Shown here in pieces: positions 40,501-53,916 of a stretch of DNA of 64,000 bases; the first letter of the stretch is position 1; every line of letters starts with the position of its first letter. The position numbers and the translations under genes were made by a program. The stretch comes from Eledone cirrhosa. Taxonomy: Eukaryota. Below the pieces are notes generated by a model that searched no databases, was not told where the DNA came from, and saw only the letters and a program-made list of their open reading frames with translations. The stretch is from positions 217,124,001-217,188,000 of the forward strand of contig OZ024740.1 of the NCBI GenBank assembly GCA_964016885.1. Reading direction: 5' to 3'.

Positions 40501-43500
40501 GACAACCTGTCTACTGCTGATGCCATGATAAAATGTTGGGTAGATAGAAGTGTTCAGACATGGCAAGGACTTGACAACCTGTCTAGTACTGATGTCATGA
40601 TAAAATGTTGGGTAGATAGAAGTGTTCAGACATGGCAAGGACTTGACAACCTGTCTAGTGCTGATGCCATGATAAAATGTTGGGTAGATAGAAGTATTCA
40701 GTCATGGCAAGGACTTGACAACCTGTCTACTGCTGATGTCATGATAAAATGTTGGGTAGATAGAAGTGTTCAGATATGGCAAGGACTTGACAACCTGTCT
40801 ACTGCTGATGTCATGATAAAATGTTGGTTAGATAGAAGTGTTCAGACATGGCAAGGACTTGACAACCTGTCTACTGCTGATGTCATGATAAAATGTTGGG
40901 TAGATAGAAGTATTCAGTCATGGCAAGGACTTGACAACCTGTCTAGTACTGATGTCATGATAAAATGTTGGGTAGATAGAAGTGTTCAGACATAACAAGG
41001 ACTTGACAACCTGTCTAGTACTGATGTCATGATAAAATGTTGGTTAGATAGAAGTGTTCAGACATGGCAAGGACTTGACAACCTGTCTAGTACTGGTGCC
41101 ATGATAAAATGTTGGGTAGATAGAAGTGTTCAGACATGGCAAGGACTTGACAACCTGTCTAGTACTGGTGCCATGATAAAATGTTGGGTAGATAGAAGTG
41201 TTCAGACATGGCAAGGACTTGACAACCTGTCTAGTACTGATGCCATGATAAAATGTTGGTTAGATAGAAGTGTTCAGACATGGCAAGGACTTGACAACCT
41301 GTCTAGTACTGGTGCCATGATAAAATGTTGGGTAGATAGAAGTGTTCAGACATGGCAAGGACTTGACAACCTGTCTAGTGATGGTGCCATGATAAAATGT
41401 TGGGTAGATAGAAGTGTTCAGACATGGCAAGGACTTGACAACCTGTCTAGTACTGATGCCATGATAAAATGTTGGTTAGATAGAAGTGTTCAGACATGGC
41501 AAGGACTTGACAACCTGTCTAGTACTGGTGCCATGATAAAATGTTGGGTAGATAGAAGTGTTCAGACATGGCAAGGACTTGACAACCTGTCTAGTACTGA
41601 TGCCATGATAAAATGTTAGTTAGATAGAAGTGTTCAGACATGGCAAGGACTTGACAACCTGTCTAGTACTGATGCCATGATAAAATGTTGGGTAGATAGA
41701 AGTGTTCAGACATGGCAAGGACTTGACAACCTGTCTAGTACTGATGCCATGATAAAATGTTGGGTAGATAGAAGTGTTCAGACATGGCAAGGACTTGACA
41801 ACCTGTCTAGTACTGATGCCATGATAAAATGTTGGGTAGATAGAAGTGTTCAGACATGGCAAGGACTTGACAACCTGTCTAGTACTGATGCCATGATAAA
41901 ATGTTGGTTAGATAGAAGTGTTCAGACATGGCAAGGACTTGACAACCTGTCTAGTACTGGTGCCATGATAAAATGTTGGGTAGATAGAAGTGTTCAGACA
42001 TGGCAAAGACTTGACAACCTGTCTAGTGATGGTGCCATGATAAAATGTTGGGTAGATAGAAGTGTTCAGACATGGCAAGGACTTGACAACCTGTCTACTG
42101 CTGATGCCATGATAAAATGTTGGGTAGATAGAAGTATTCAGTCATGGCAAGGACTTGACAACCTGTCTAGTACTGGTGCCATGATAAAATGTTGGGTAGA
42201 TAGAAGTGTTCAGACATGGCAAGGACTTGACAACCTGTCTACTGCTGATGCCATGATAAAATGTTGGTTAGATAGAAGTGTTCAGACATGGCAAGGACTT
42301 GACAACCTGTCTAGTACTGGTGCCATGATAAAATGTTGGGTAGATAGAAGTGTTCAGACATGGCAAGGACTTGACAACCTGTCTACTGCTGATGCCATGA
42401 TAAAATGTTGGGTAGATAGAAGTGTTCAGACATGGCAAGGACTTGACAACCTGTCTACTGCTGATGCCATGATAAAATGTTGGGTAGATAGAAGTGTTCA
42501 GACATGGCAAGGACTTGACAACCTGTCTAGTACTGGTGCCATGATAAAATGTTGGGTAGATAGAAGTGTTCAGACATGGCAAGGACTTGACAACCTGTCT
42601 AGAACTGGTGCCATGATAAAATGTTGGGTAGATAGAAGTGTTCAGACATGGCAAGGACTTGACAACCTGTCTAGTGATGGTGCCATGATAAAATGTTGGG
42701 TAGATAGAAGTGTTCAGACATGGCAATGACTTGACAACCTGTCTAGTACTGGTGCCATGATAAAATGTTGGGTAGATAGAAGTGTTCAGACATGGCAAGG
42801 ACTTGACAACCTGTCTACTGCTGATGCCATGATAAAATGTTGGGTAGATAGAAGTGTTCAGACATGGCAAGGACTTGACAACCTGTCTACTGCTGATGCC
42901 ATGATAAAATGTTGGGTAGATAGAAGTGTTCAGACATGGCAAGGACTTGACAACCTGTCTAGTACTGATGCCATGATAAAATGTTGGGTAGATAGAAGTA
43001 TTCAGTCATGGCAAGGACTTGACAACCTGTCTACTGCTGATGCCATGATAAAATGTTGGGTAGATAGAAGTGTTCAGACATGGCAAGGACTTGACAACCT
43101 GTCTAGTACTGATGCCATGATAAAATGTTGGGTAGATAGAAGTGTTCAGACATGACAAGGACTTGACAACCTGTCTACTGCTGATGCCATGATAAAATGT
43201 TGGGTAGATAGAAGTGTTCAGACATGGCAAGGACTTGACAACCTGTCTACTGCTGATGTCATGATAAAATGTTGGGTAGATAGAAGTGTTCAGGCATGGC
43301 AAGGACTTGACAACCGGTCTACTGCTGATGCCATGATAAAATGTTGGGTAGATAGAAGTATTCAGTCATGGCAAGGACTTGACAACCTGTCTAGTACTGG
43401 TGCCATGATAAAATGTTGGGTAGATAGAAGTGTTCAGTCATGGCAAGGACTTGACAACCTGTCTAGTACTGGTGCCATGATAAAATGTTGGGTAGATAGA

Positions 43501-46500
43501 AGTGTTCAGACATGGCAAGGACTTGACAACCTGTCTACTGCTGATGTCATGATAAAATGTTGGGTAGATAGAAGTGTTCAGACATGGCAAGGACTTGACA
43601 ACCTGTCTACTGCTGATGCTATGATAAAATGTTGGGTAGATAGAAGTGTTCAGACATGGCAAGGACTTGACAACCTGTCTAGTGCTGAAGTCATGATAAA
43701 ATGTTGGGTAGATAGAAGTGTTCAGTCATGGCAAGGACTTGACAACCTGTCTACTGCTGGTGCTATGATAAAATGTTGGGTAGATAGAAGTGTTCAGACA
43801 TGGCAAGGACTTGACAACCTGTCTACTGCTGGTGCCATGATAAAATGTTGGGTAGATAGAAGTGTTCAGACATGGCAAGGACTTGACAACCTGTCTACTG
43901 CTGATGTCATGATAAAATGTTGGGTAGATAGAAGTGTTCAGACATGGCAAGGACTTGACAACCTGTCTACTGCTGATGTCATGATAAAATGTTGGGTAGA
44001 TAGAAGTGTTCAGACATGGCAAGGACTTGACAACCTGTCTACTGCTGATGTCATGATAAAATGTTGGGTAGATAGAAGTGTTCAGACATGGCAAGGACTT
44101 GACAACCTGTCTACTGCTGATGTCATGATAAAATGTTGGGTAGATAGAAGTGTTCAGACATGGCAAGGACTTGACAACCTGTCTACTGCTGATGTCATGA
44201 TAAAATGTTGGGTAGATAGAAGTGTTCAGACATGGCAAGGACTTGACAACCTGTCTACTGCTGATGTCATGATAAAATGTTGGGTAGATAGAAGTGTTCA
44301 GACATGGCAAGGACTTGACAACCTGTCTACTGCTGATGTCATGATAAAATGTTGGGTAGATAGAAGTGTTCAGACATGGCAAGGACTTGACAACCTGTCT
44401 ACTGCTGATGTCATGATAAAATGTTGGGTAGATAGAAGTGTTCAGACATGGCAAGGACTTGACAACCTGTCTACTGCTGATGTCATGATAAAATGTTGGG
44501 TAGATAGAAGTGTTCAGACATGGCAAGGACTTGACAACCTGTCTACTGCTGATGTCATAACAAAATGTTGGGTAGATAGAAGTGTTCAGACATGGCAAGG
44601 ACTTGACAACCTGTCTACTGCTGATGCCATGATAAAATGTTGGGTAGATAGAAGTGTTCAGACATGGCAAGGACTTGACAACCTGTCTAGTACTGATGTC
44701 ATGATAAAATGTTGGGTAGATAGAAGTGTTCAGACATGACAAGGACTTGACAACCTGTCTAGTACTGGTGTCATGATAAAATGTTGGGTAGATAGAAGTG
44801 TTCAGACATGGCAAGGACTTGACAACCTGTCTAGTACTGGTGCCATGATAAAATGTTGGGTAGATAGAAGTGTTCAAACATGGCAAGGACTTGACAATCT
44901 GTCTACTGCTGATGTCATGATAAAATGTTGGTTAGATAGAAGTGTTCAGACATGACAAGGACTTGACAACCTGTCTACTGCTGATGTCATGATAAAATGT
45001 TGGGTAGATAGAAGTGTTCAGACATGGCAAGGACTTGACAACCTGTCTACTGCTGATGCCATGATAAAATGTTGGGTAGATAGAAGTGTTCAGACATGGC
45101 AAGGACTTGACAACCTGTCTAGTACTGATGCCATGATAAAATGTTGGGTAGATAGAAGTGTTCAGACATGACAAGGACTTGGCAACCTGTCTAGTACTGA
45201 TGCCATGATAAAATGTTGGGTAGATAGAAGTGTTCAGACATGGCAAGGACTTGACAACCTGTCTACTGTTGATGCCATGATAAAATGTTGGGTAGATAGA
45301 AGTGTTCAAACATGGCAAGGACTTGACAACCTGTCTAGTACTGATGCCATGATAAAATGTTGGGTAGATAGAAGTGTTCAGACATGGCAAGGACTTGACA
45401 ACCTGTCTACTGCTGATGCCATGATAAAATGTTGGGTAGATAGAAGTGTTCAGACATGGCAAGGACTTGACAACCTGTCTACTGCTGATGCCATGATAAA
45501 ATGTTGGGTAGATAGAAGTGTTCAGACATGGCAAGGACTTGACAACCTGTCTAGTACTGATGTCATGATAAAATGTTGGGTAGATAGAAGTGTTCAGACA
45601 TGACAAGGACTTGACAACCTGTCTAGTACTGGTGCCATGATAAAATGTTGGGTAGATAGAAGTATTCAGTCATGGCAAGGACTTGACAACCTGTCTACTG
45701 CTGATGTCATGATAAAATGTTGGGTAGATAGAAGTGTTCAGACATGGCAAGGACTTGACAACCTGTCTAGTACTGATGCCATGATAAAATGTTGGGTAGA
45801 TAGAAGTGTTCAGACATGGCAAGGACTTGACAACCTGTCTACTGCTGATGTCATGATAAAATGTTGGGTAGATAGAAGTGTTCAGACATGGCAAGGACTT
45901 GACAACCTGTCTAGTACTGATGCCATGATAAAATGTTGGGTAGATAGAAGTATTCAGTCATGGCAAGGACTTGACAACCTGTCTACTGCTGATGTCATGA
46001 TAAAATGTTGGGTAGATAGAAGTGTTCAGACATGGCAAGGACTTGACAACCTGTCTAGTACTGATGCCATGATAAAATGTTGGGTAGATAGAAGTGTTCA
46101 GACATGGCAAGGACTTGACAACCTGTCTACTGCTGATGTCATGATAAAATGTTGGGTAGATAGAAGTGTTCAGACATGGCAAGGACTTGACAACCTGTCT
46201 ACTGCTGATGTCATGATAAAATGTTGGGTAGATAGAAGTGTTCAAACATGGCAAGGGCTTGACAACCTGTCTACTGCTGATGTCATGATAAAATGTTGGG
46301 TAGATAGAAGTGTTCAGACATGGCAAGGACTTGACAACCTGTCTAGTCCTGATGTCATGATAAAATGTTGGGTAGATAGAAGTGTTCAGACATGACAAGG
46401 ACTTGACAACCTGTCTAGTACTGATGCCATGATAAAATGTTGGGTAGATAGAAGTATTCAGTCATGGCAAGGACTTGACAACCTGTCTACTGCTGATGTC

Positions 46501-46577
46501 ATGATAAAATGTTGGGTAGATAGAAGTGTTCAGGCATGGCAAGGACTTGACAACCTGTCTAGTGCTGGTGCCATAAA
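34553..46577. repeat. 72-bp tandem satellite, ~167 units, ~12 kb, intronic
   Basis: Consensus ATGATAAAATGTTGGGTAGATAGAAGTGTTCAGACATGGCAAGGACTTGACAACCTGTCTACTGCTGATGCC; the same phase at 34561 and 46441 (11880 = 165 x 72). Confidence 0.99.
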
Positions 46578-47329
46578 ATGCACCTGATACACTCTGCAAA
46601 GTGGTTGCTATTAAGAAAGACATCCAGGCATAGAAACCTTGCTTATGACCAGATGTCAAATTAGAGGGATGTTACAATATTATTTTGACATTTACTTTTC
46701 TATGCTTGCATGTGTTGGACATATATGTATTTATAATTTCATAAATATATGTATGTATCTGTATAAATATGTCAGTATGTATGTATCCACTTCCTGTCTA
46801 CTCCTTTCTCCCCTTTTTCTTCTCCCTCACTTTCCATATATTATGTCTCTGTGTTTGTGTCTTGTACATTTATGTCTACAGAACAAGTTAGTGATGTCCA
46901 TCTGGTACCTCAAATCCCCTGGTATCATTATTGTTTTCTGTTCCTTCCCTCTGGCATACAACCTCATAATCTTCCTAACCTACAACAAACAGCAATCTTT
47001 ATATTTTTTCTACAGTCGATATCATTAGACCAGCATTTAGTAACTTCTGGTAAAGTGAAGCTATCAATTCAGTTATTATTATTATTATTTTTTTTTTTTG
47101 TGTGTATGTAAGTTCGGCTTTTTAATAAATTTTTTTTTTTCTTTCTTTTTGACTGTGCATGTTTCATGATTGAAATCCCTTGAGCAGAGTTTAAGTTGTA
47201 ACAAAACCCCATGAAAGTTTTTCTATCAAAACCATATATATATATGTATGTGTGTGTGTGTGTGTGTAGCCAAGGCCTAAAGGTCATCTGACCTCAATTT
47301 CACCCAAATAGGACAATCCGTCTAACCCA

Positions 47330-47368
<39 letters not shown>

Positions 47369-47374
47369 GTGTGT

Positions 47375-47415
<41 letters not shown>

Positions 47416-47653
47416 TATGTGTGTGTGTTTATTTGCTGAATGTATGTAATCTGTAAAGTGATTGGTGTTAAGAAGGCCATCCAACTGTAGAGACCATGGG
47501 AAAAGTGGAAAACAAAACTGGAATGTACAAGCAAGATGTGATTCTCCAATCCATCTCAGACTTTATGACAATCAATGCCAGCATGGAAATCAGGTGTGAA
47601 AATGATGATGGCGATGACAATATATACATACAATGATTATATATATAAAGAGC

Positions 47654-47815
47654 TGTGAATTGGCAGTATCGGTAGAGGGTCGGACATGCTTTCCAGCATA
47701 GTTACGCCTCTTTATGATCTGAGTTCAAATCCCACCGAGGTTAACTTTGCCTTTCATCCTTACCAGTAATATACTGGGTAATTGCTGGCCTTGTGCCAAA
47801 AGAAGAAACAATTAT
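47654..47815 (+). mobile_element. SINE family A copy (internal deletion)
   Basis: Consensus match lacking part of the core. Confidence 0.8.
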
Positions 47816-49593
47816 ATAAGTACTGTAAATGTCACTGTGTGTATATATGTTCTTTAGGTCATCACCTATAATTTTTTCTGAGATAATGTTTTCAATAACT
47901 CAAGAAGAGAGAAATGTAATATAGGTCAGTTTAAAAAACAATCATAGAAATGTCAAAGTACATTCCAACTAAATATATATTTCTTATAATTACAATATTT
48001 TCTAAGTTAGATTCCAATATTTTTGTTTCTTAGTAAATTTATATTCATCGGCAAAAATGATTTAATTTCTTTACTTATCAAAGATCTACTTTTTAAGCCA
48101 TTTTGTCTTCAAAATACTGATCTTTACTCAGTCAGTTATTCAATTTACTAATTTACATATTGTGTCATAGATAATAGAAGACTGTACAAAATGCAGATTG
48201 ATAAGGTCAGGGATGACCAAGGATGAGATGGGGGAGATTGATAAGTTTATGGGCACTGTATTGGTGAGAGCAGTGCATGATATAAAATAAATGGCACTGG
48301 CTTGAGAAGCCTTCCACTTACTTTGGACAGACAATGGCTTAGAATGATGATGATTAAACAGTTCCCTAAATTTATATTGAATAAGTTGTGAATTATGTTT
48401 ATAATTTTCTCAAAATCGAAAGCAATTTGTTGAGTTCAATGTATTAGTTATTAGAACTCATGTTAGTAACAGCTAAATAGTCTGGAACAGAAAGAAATAA
48501 TGCTTTACCATTTTTAAGTGGTTAAAATAAAGAGAATAAGGTGACGAATTGGCAAAGCCATTAGAACATCAGATAGGATGTTTTGCAATATTTGTTTTGG
48601 CTCTCTGCTCTCTGAGTTCAAATCCTGCCAAAATCAACTTTGCCTTTCATTCTTTTGAAGTCAATAAAAAAGTACCAGTCTAGTACTGGGGTCAATTCTT
48701 CCTCTATACCTCTTTCTCATTTCCTTGCTCTCACTTTCTATCGTTCCCTGAAAGAAATCAGCTGTGTTCAGACCTGGAGAGGGATGGGCTCCATCAGACT
48801 TAAAAGGCCTAAGAAACGGTGTATGCAACTATGGCTCCTCTATAAATCCATCAGGAATTATTGAACCATGCCATGCCATAATAAAGAGTAATGGAGATAG
48901 ATGGCAATACATTAGAATATGTATTTAAATGAATCTCATGCAGTAACTTAGCATTTTGAGAGTGCAAATTCCTCTGGGGTTGACCTGGCATAATAAATTA
49001 ATACATAGAGGCACGTGGCCTAGTGGTAAGTGTGTTGGTCTTATGATCTTAATGTCATGGGTTCGATTCCTTGACTGGATTGTGTGTTGTGTTCTTGATC
49101 AAGAACACTTCATTTCACATTGCGCTTGTATACTCAGCTGAAAATGAGCACCATCAGAAGCTGGCATCCTGTCCAGGGGGAAGTTTGTACTGCCAGTCAC
49201 ATAATGCCATGGAAACCAGGATAAGCATTGACCTGTTAAGCCTCCGGGCTCGAGATAGACTTTAGAATACATAGAGATTGCCTAAACCAATTTAGGGTGG
49301 TAGAGAGTTAAATGCCTTGTATTTATTCTAACTCCTTGAGCTCTGATTACATCTATCTCATCATTAGATAATGTTTGCATTAATCTGGAACAGTGAATTG
49401 GCAGAATTGTTAGAGTGTAACATTGGATGTATTGTGGTATTTCTTCCAGCTATTTATTTGATTTTTCAATACACATCTTGGCATGGCGTTCTTGGGTGGT
49501 AGAATTTATCAATCACATTTAATACAACCACTTGTCCTTTGGATGGCTTTAGCAGACCCACTCTATTGCAAACATTTGAGCCAGGTCTTCAAT

Positions 49594-49727
49594 TTAATTG
49601 TTTCTACTTTAGGCACAAGGCCAGCAATTATCCAGTGCATTACTGGTACTTTATTTTATCGACCTCGTAAGGATGAAAGGCAAAGTCAACCTCGGTGGGA
49701 TTTGAACTCAGATCGTAAATCGTAAAG
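49594..49727 (-). mobile_element. 5'-truncated SINE family A copy with 16-bp TSD
   Basis: AGGTCTTCAATTTAAT at 49583-49598 and 49726-49741. Confidence 0.85.
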
Positions 49728-50275
49728 GTCTTCAATTTAATGATGCCTTCTCAGTGGTCTCCTTCACTGACTAAGCAGTAATTAAAATCATCCCCTTTAT
49801 GATAACTGGTTTTGTAGTTGAAATAATATGATTTCACTCTTGAAAATGTAAATAGTAACCCCTTTCACTCTTTTAATACAAAACTGCCTGAGACTGGCTC
49901 CTGTTTTTACAATACAAAGTCACTTGTTTTAAAGTGTTTACTTTTTCCACCATAATTTTATATAAGAATCTTTGTTTAGTTTTGCTCCAAATACTGGCCT
50001 TAACATAAGATAGTTATTTTACTAAATCCCTCCAAAATTACTTGAATAGGGAGTGTAATTCATTAGACGTATGGTGAATAAAGAGTGTATTTCATTAGAC
50101 GTAGTAAAAATGTTCAATTATTTTTATTAGAAAAGTCAGCCTTGATCATCAGCTTAAACTCTGCTTGTGTTACTTTTATTTATTATTTTTTTTTCATTTT
50201 ATTTTACAAAGTTTTTAGTTGTTATTATTTCAGTAGATCTTGTAGTAAAGTGGATGTTATGTGTTCTCTGCTTAG

Positions 50276-50482
<207 letters not shown>

Positions 50483-50550
50483 TGAAAAGAAAAGAAAATG
50501 ATGAAAGAATTAATATATAACCTCTTTCTCTCTCTCTCACTTTTTTCTTT

Positions 50551-50581
<31 letters not shown>

Positions 50582-51368
50582 TACATATATATATATATAT
50601 TTATTCCCTTTGTTAGATGTTGATGTGGTTGGCCAAGCTTTTGAAATCTGACCTTGTGGCAGAATATTTCCCTGGTTATCTATTTATTATTGTTTTTATT
50701 TTTTGTACCATTTTTTAATATAACTCAACCTCTGGAGGACAAAAAAAAAACCTTCTTAACTTCATTATATTATTTCAGTAAGTACAAAAAATAAAAGAAA
50801 AGAAATATTCAATGTACATTTAAAAAAATATAAATATTTAAATTTGTATTTTAAAGTTTAAATTTTCTAAAAATTATTTTTTTTCTTTTTATTATATATT
50901 TTGTGTATGTTTATATTTATGTGAATATGAAGATTTGCACATGTATGCTTTTATGTACGTGTGTGTGTGTGTCTGTGTGTGTATGCATGTGCATGTGCAC
51001 ATATATGTGTGTATGTGTGTGTGTTTGTACATAATATTTGTGAAAATATTTCTATGGATTGTTTTACATTTTAATTTCCTTCAAAGTAAAATATTTAGAA
51101 AATATTGTAAGATAATTTTTATATATTGCCTACATTTATTTTCTATTCTGGTAATTGTTGACAATAAATAACTCAACATTAGGAACTCTTTTAATCTTTA
51201 ATTGGTTCCAGCTGCTGGTTTGTGGTCACCTCTTTCTTTGTTGGTCTCTCGTGTTTACTGTTCTTAAATCTCTCAATCTTTCTCACAATTACTCCTATTA
51301 CAATCTTAACTCTCATTCACAAGATTGACTTAGTAATATGTATTATACTTTTGTTAATGGTTTTAGGG

Positions 51369-52082
51369 GACCATGTAGTTATTGGCAGATACAAACAGTC
51401 TGGTAGGTGACCATGTAGTTATGGGCAGATGCAAACAGTCTGGTAGGGGGCCATGTAGTTATGGGCAGAAGAAAACAGTCTGGTAGGTGGCCATGTAGTT
51501 ATGGGCAGATGCAAACAGTCTGGTAGGTGACCATGTAGTTATGGGCAGATGCAAACAGTCTGGTAGGTGACCATGTAGTTATGGGAAGATGCAAACAGTC
51601 TGGTAGGTTACCATGTAGTTATGGGCAGATACAAACAGTCTGGTATGTGACCATGTAGTTATGGGCAGATGCAAACAGTCTGGTAGGGGGCCATGTAGTT
51701 ATGGGCAGATGCAAACAGTCTGGTAGGTGGCCATGTAGTTATGGGCAGATGCAAACAGTCTGGTAGGTGGCCATGTAGTTATGGGCAGATACAATGTGAC
51801 AGGTGGCCATGTAGTTATGGGCAGATACACTGTGACAGGTGACCATGTAGTTATGGGCAGATACAAACAGTTTGATAGGTGACCATGTAGTTATGGGCAG
51901 ATACACTGTGACAGGTGACCATGTAGTTATGGGCAGATACACTGTGACAGGTGACCATGTAGTTATGGGCTGATACACTGTGACAGGTGACCATGTAGTT
52001 ATGGGCTGATACACTGTGACAGGTGGTCATGTAGTTATGGGCTGATACACTGTGACAGGTGACCATGTAGTTATGGGCAGAC
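51369..52082. repeat. Composite minisatellite: 40-bp units switching to 36-bp units
   Basis: CCATGTAGTTATGGGCAGAT core followed by GCAAACAGTCTGGTAGGTGA (40 bp) or ACACTGTGACAGGTGA (36 bp). Confidence 0.95.
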
Positions 52083-53676
52083 ACAAATTCTCCATAATAA
52101 TAAACTAAATAATAACAATGATATCATATAATTTAAATTACATTGATGATATAGTTCTGGTTTCTCACTGACTCATCTGTTGAATTATCAAATTTTTTAT
52201 GATTTTCAAAATTCAACAGTTGAACAGTGTCATTGACTCCATGCCTAGAGTGAATGTATGAACAGCAGTACAATATTATACTATAATAATTGTTTTTCTT
52301 TTTGTAAGGTTTCTCTAGCAATCGGTTGCTCAGTGATGCCTGTTAATTGGCCCCTGATCTCAGAGGCTCAATATATCATGTAGGATTCTGGCAGTGCTGG
52401 CGATGGTAGAAATTTGGGATCCCAAGGCTTTTGATGAATCATAAAGCATTTATGGACCATGCCTAGTGTCCCAATAATAATAATAATAATAATATCAATG
52501 ATAATAATAGATACAAAGATCTGGAAAAGCCCCCCCCCCCCCAAAAAAAAAAAATAATTGAAGTTTTAATCGGTACTCTTAGTTACATTGAGGATGGGAA
52601 AACTCTTAGGAGCCCCCAAAAAATAAACTCTCAATCAGCTGCAGTATATACAACTTATATAATAGCAATAGTATAATGTGTATCTATAATCCTGTGTCTT
52701 TTGAGAAGGAATTACTGATAAATACAGTAAGAGATACAAGAAGAATAACGACAGACTTTAAACATATAAAAATAATAATAATGAAAATTATTGTGTACAG
52801 TGCTCAGGTGCACTATAACTCATCAAATGTGCATGTATAATACATAGACGAATGTACAAAGGGGAACAGTATATGAGTCATGATATACACACAGACACAT
52901 GTGTGTGTGTGTGTGTGCATGACGGGGGAATATCAGGTGTGGTGTTGGTGAATTTCAAGAAGTATGGAAGTTGTGAAGGATGCAGAGTCCTGACAGCTAA
53001 CAACTGATGCAGGTAGTCTGGTCCATGCTTCAGCAACTCTGAGCGTGAAAAAATTGTTTCCGAAAGTTATTGTTTGAAAATAATTAGCCAGACATTCACA
53101 AAATAACACCTACACCTGTTATTCTGTGTATCTGATGCGCATGTAGCAAAATATCTTCACACATACTGACCCTTGAATTACATCTGGTTGCTATTTCTCT
53201 TCATCTTGGTTGGTGTCAGTGGTCTGGAGAGGCTGGCCAGGTTGAGGTGAAGTGAGATAAGTTTTTTCTTTAAAAAGGATGATAAACACAACAAATGCCA
53301 ATAATTAGTAAGGACAAAAGGCAAGCTAACCTCAGCAAGATTGGAACTCACAATGTAAAGGCTTGGAACAAATATTGCATGAAAGACATTTTGTCTTTGC
53401 CACCCTGAATAATAATTTCTCATATTGTTCTACAGCCATACATTTACAAGATATATCCAATCCAATATTGGGATTCATCTACAGGTCGTAAAAAAGACAA
53501 AATGAAATGTTCTAAGCCATTTAGTGCAAGACTCACTATATCTGCACTCATAATAGTTACTTTTAGAAGAAATATTTTTTCTTTAAAAGTAAATTCTCTG
53601 CTCTACTTATATATATATTGATCGCTCATTCAATTAATGTTTGACAGTATAAAGTAAAACAATTTATTAATATTAT

Positions 53677-53916
53677 TTAACCTTTTCATGACCATATTTC
53701 ATACAAAATACACACTATTTCAATTAATTAATGAAGAATTTTGAAGGCTTTACTAAAATTATTAATCCTTTCATTTCTAAGATAGTAACTTAATGTAAGG
53801 TTCTTATATAAAATTATGTTGGAAGATTTTAATTTAAATTGGAAACCTTTAAAATGGGTGGTTTTATTTCAAAGAACCAGAGCCGGTTTGGGCCAGGTTG
53901 GTAACAAAAGTGTTAA
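53677..53916 (+). mobile_element. Second piggyBac-type MITE family (other copies ~6877-7212, 12625-12790 (-), 13838-14068, 49856-50156 (-))
   Basis: TTAACCTTT...AAAGTGTTAA ends; shared internal GGTTCTTATATAAAATTATGTTGGAAG and GGCCAGGTTGGTAAC blocks with the 13838 copy. Confidence 0.65.

Noticed and set aside
34553-46577. CRISPR-like look (constant ~60 bp plus variable 12 bp)
   Set aside because: The variable block is a small set of point variants of one sequence, not unique spacers; eukaryotic context and no cas genes.
34537-46659. Long ORFs on both strands (MIKCWVDRSVQTWQGLDNLS... / CLNTSIYPTFYHG...)
   Set aside because: Artefact of a 72-bp (24-codon) unit; recurrent stop variants on both strands, no evidence of exon structure, intronic position.
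50984-50995. Two TGCATG (Rbfox) motifs downstream of exon A
   Set aside because: Embedded in a TG/TA microsatellite where the word arises easily by chance; about 590 bp from the exon.
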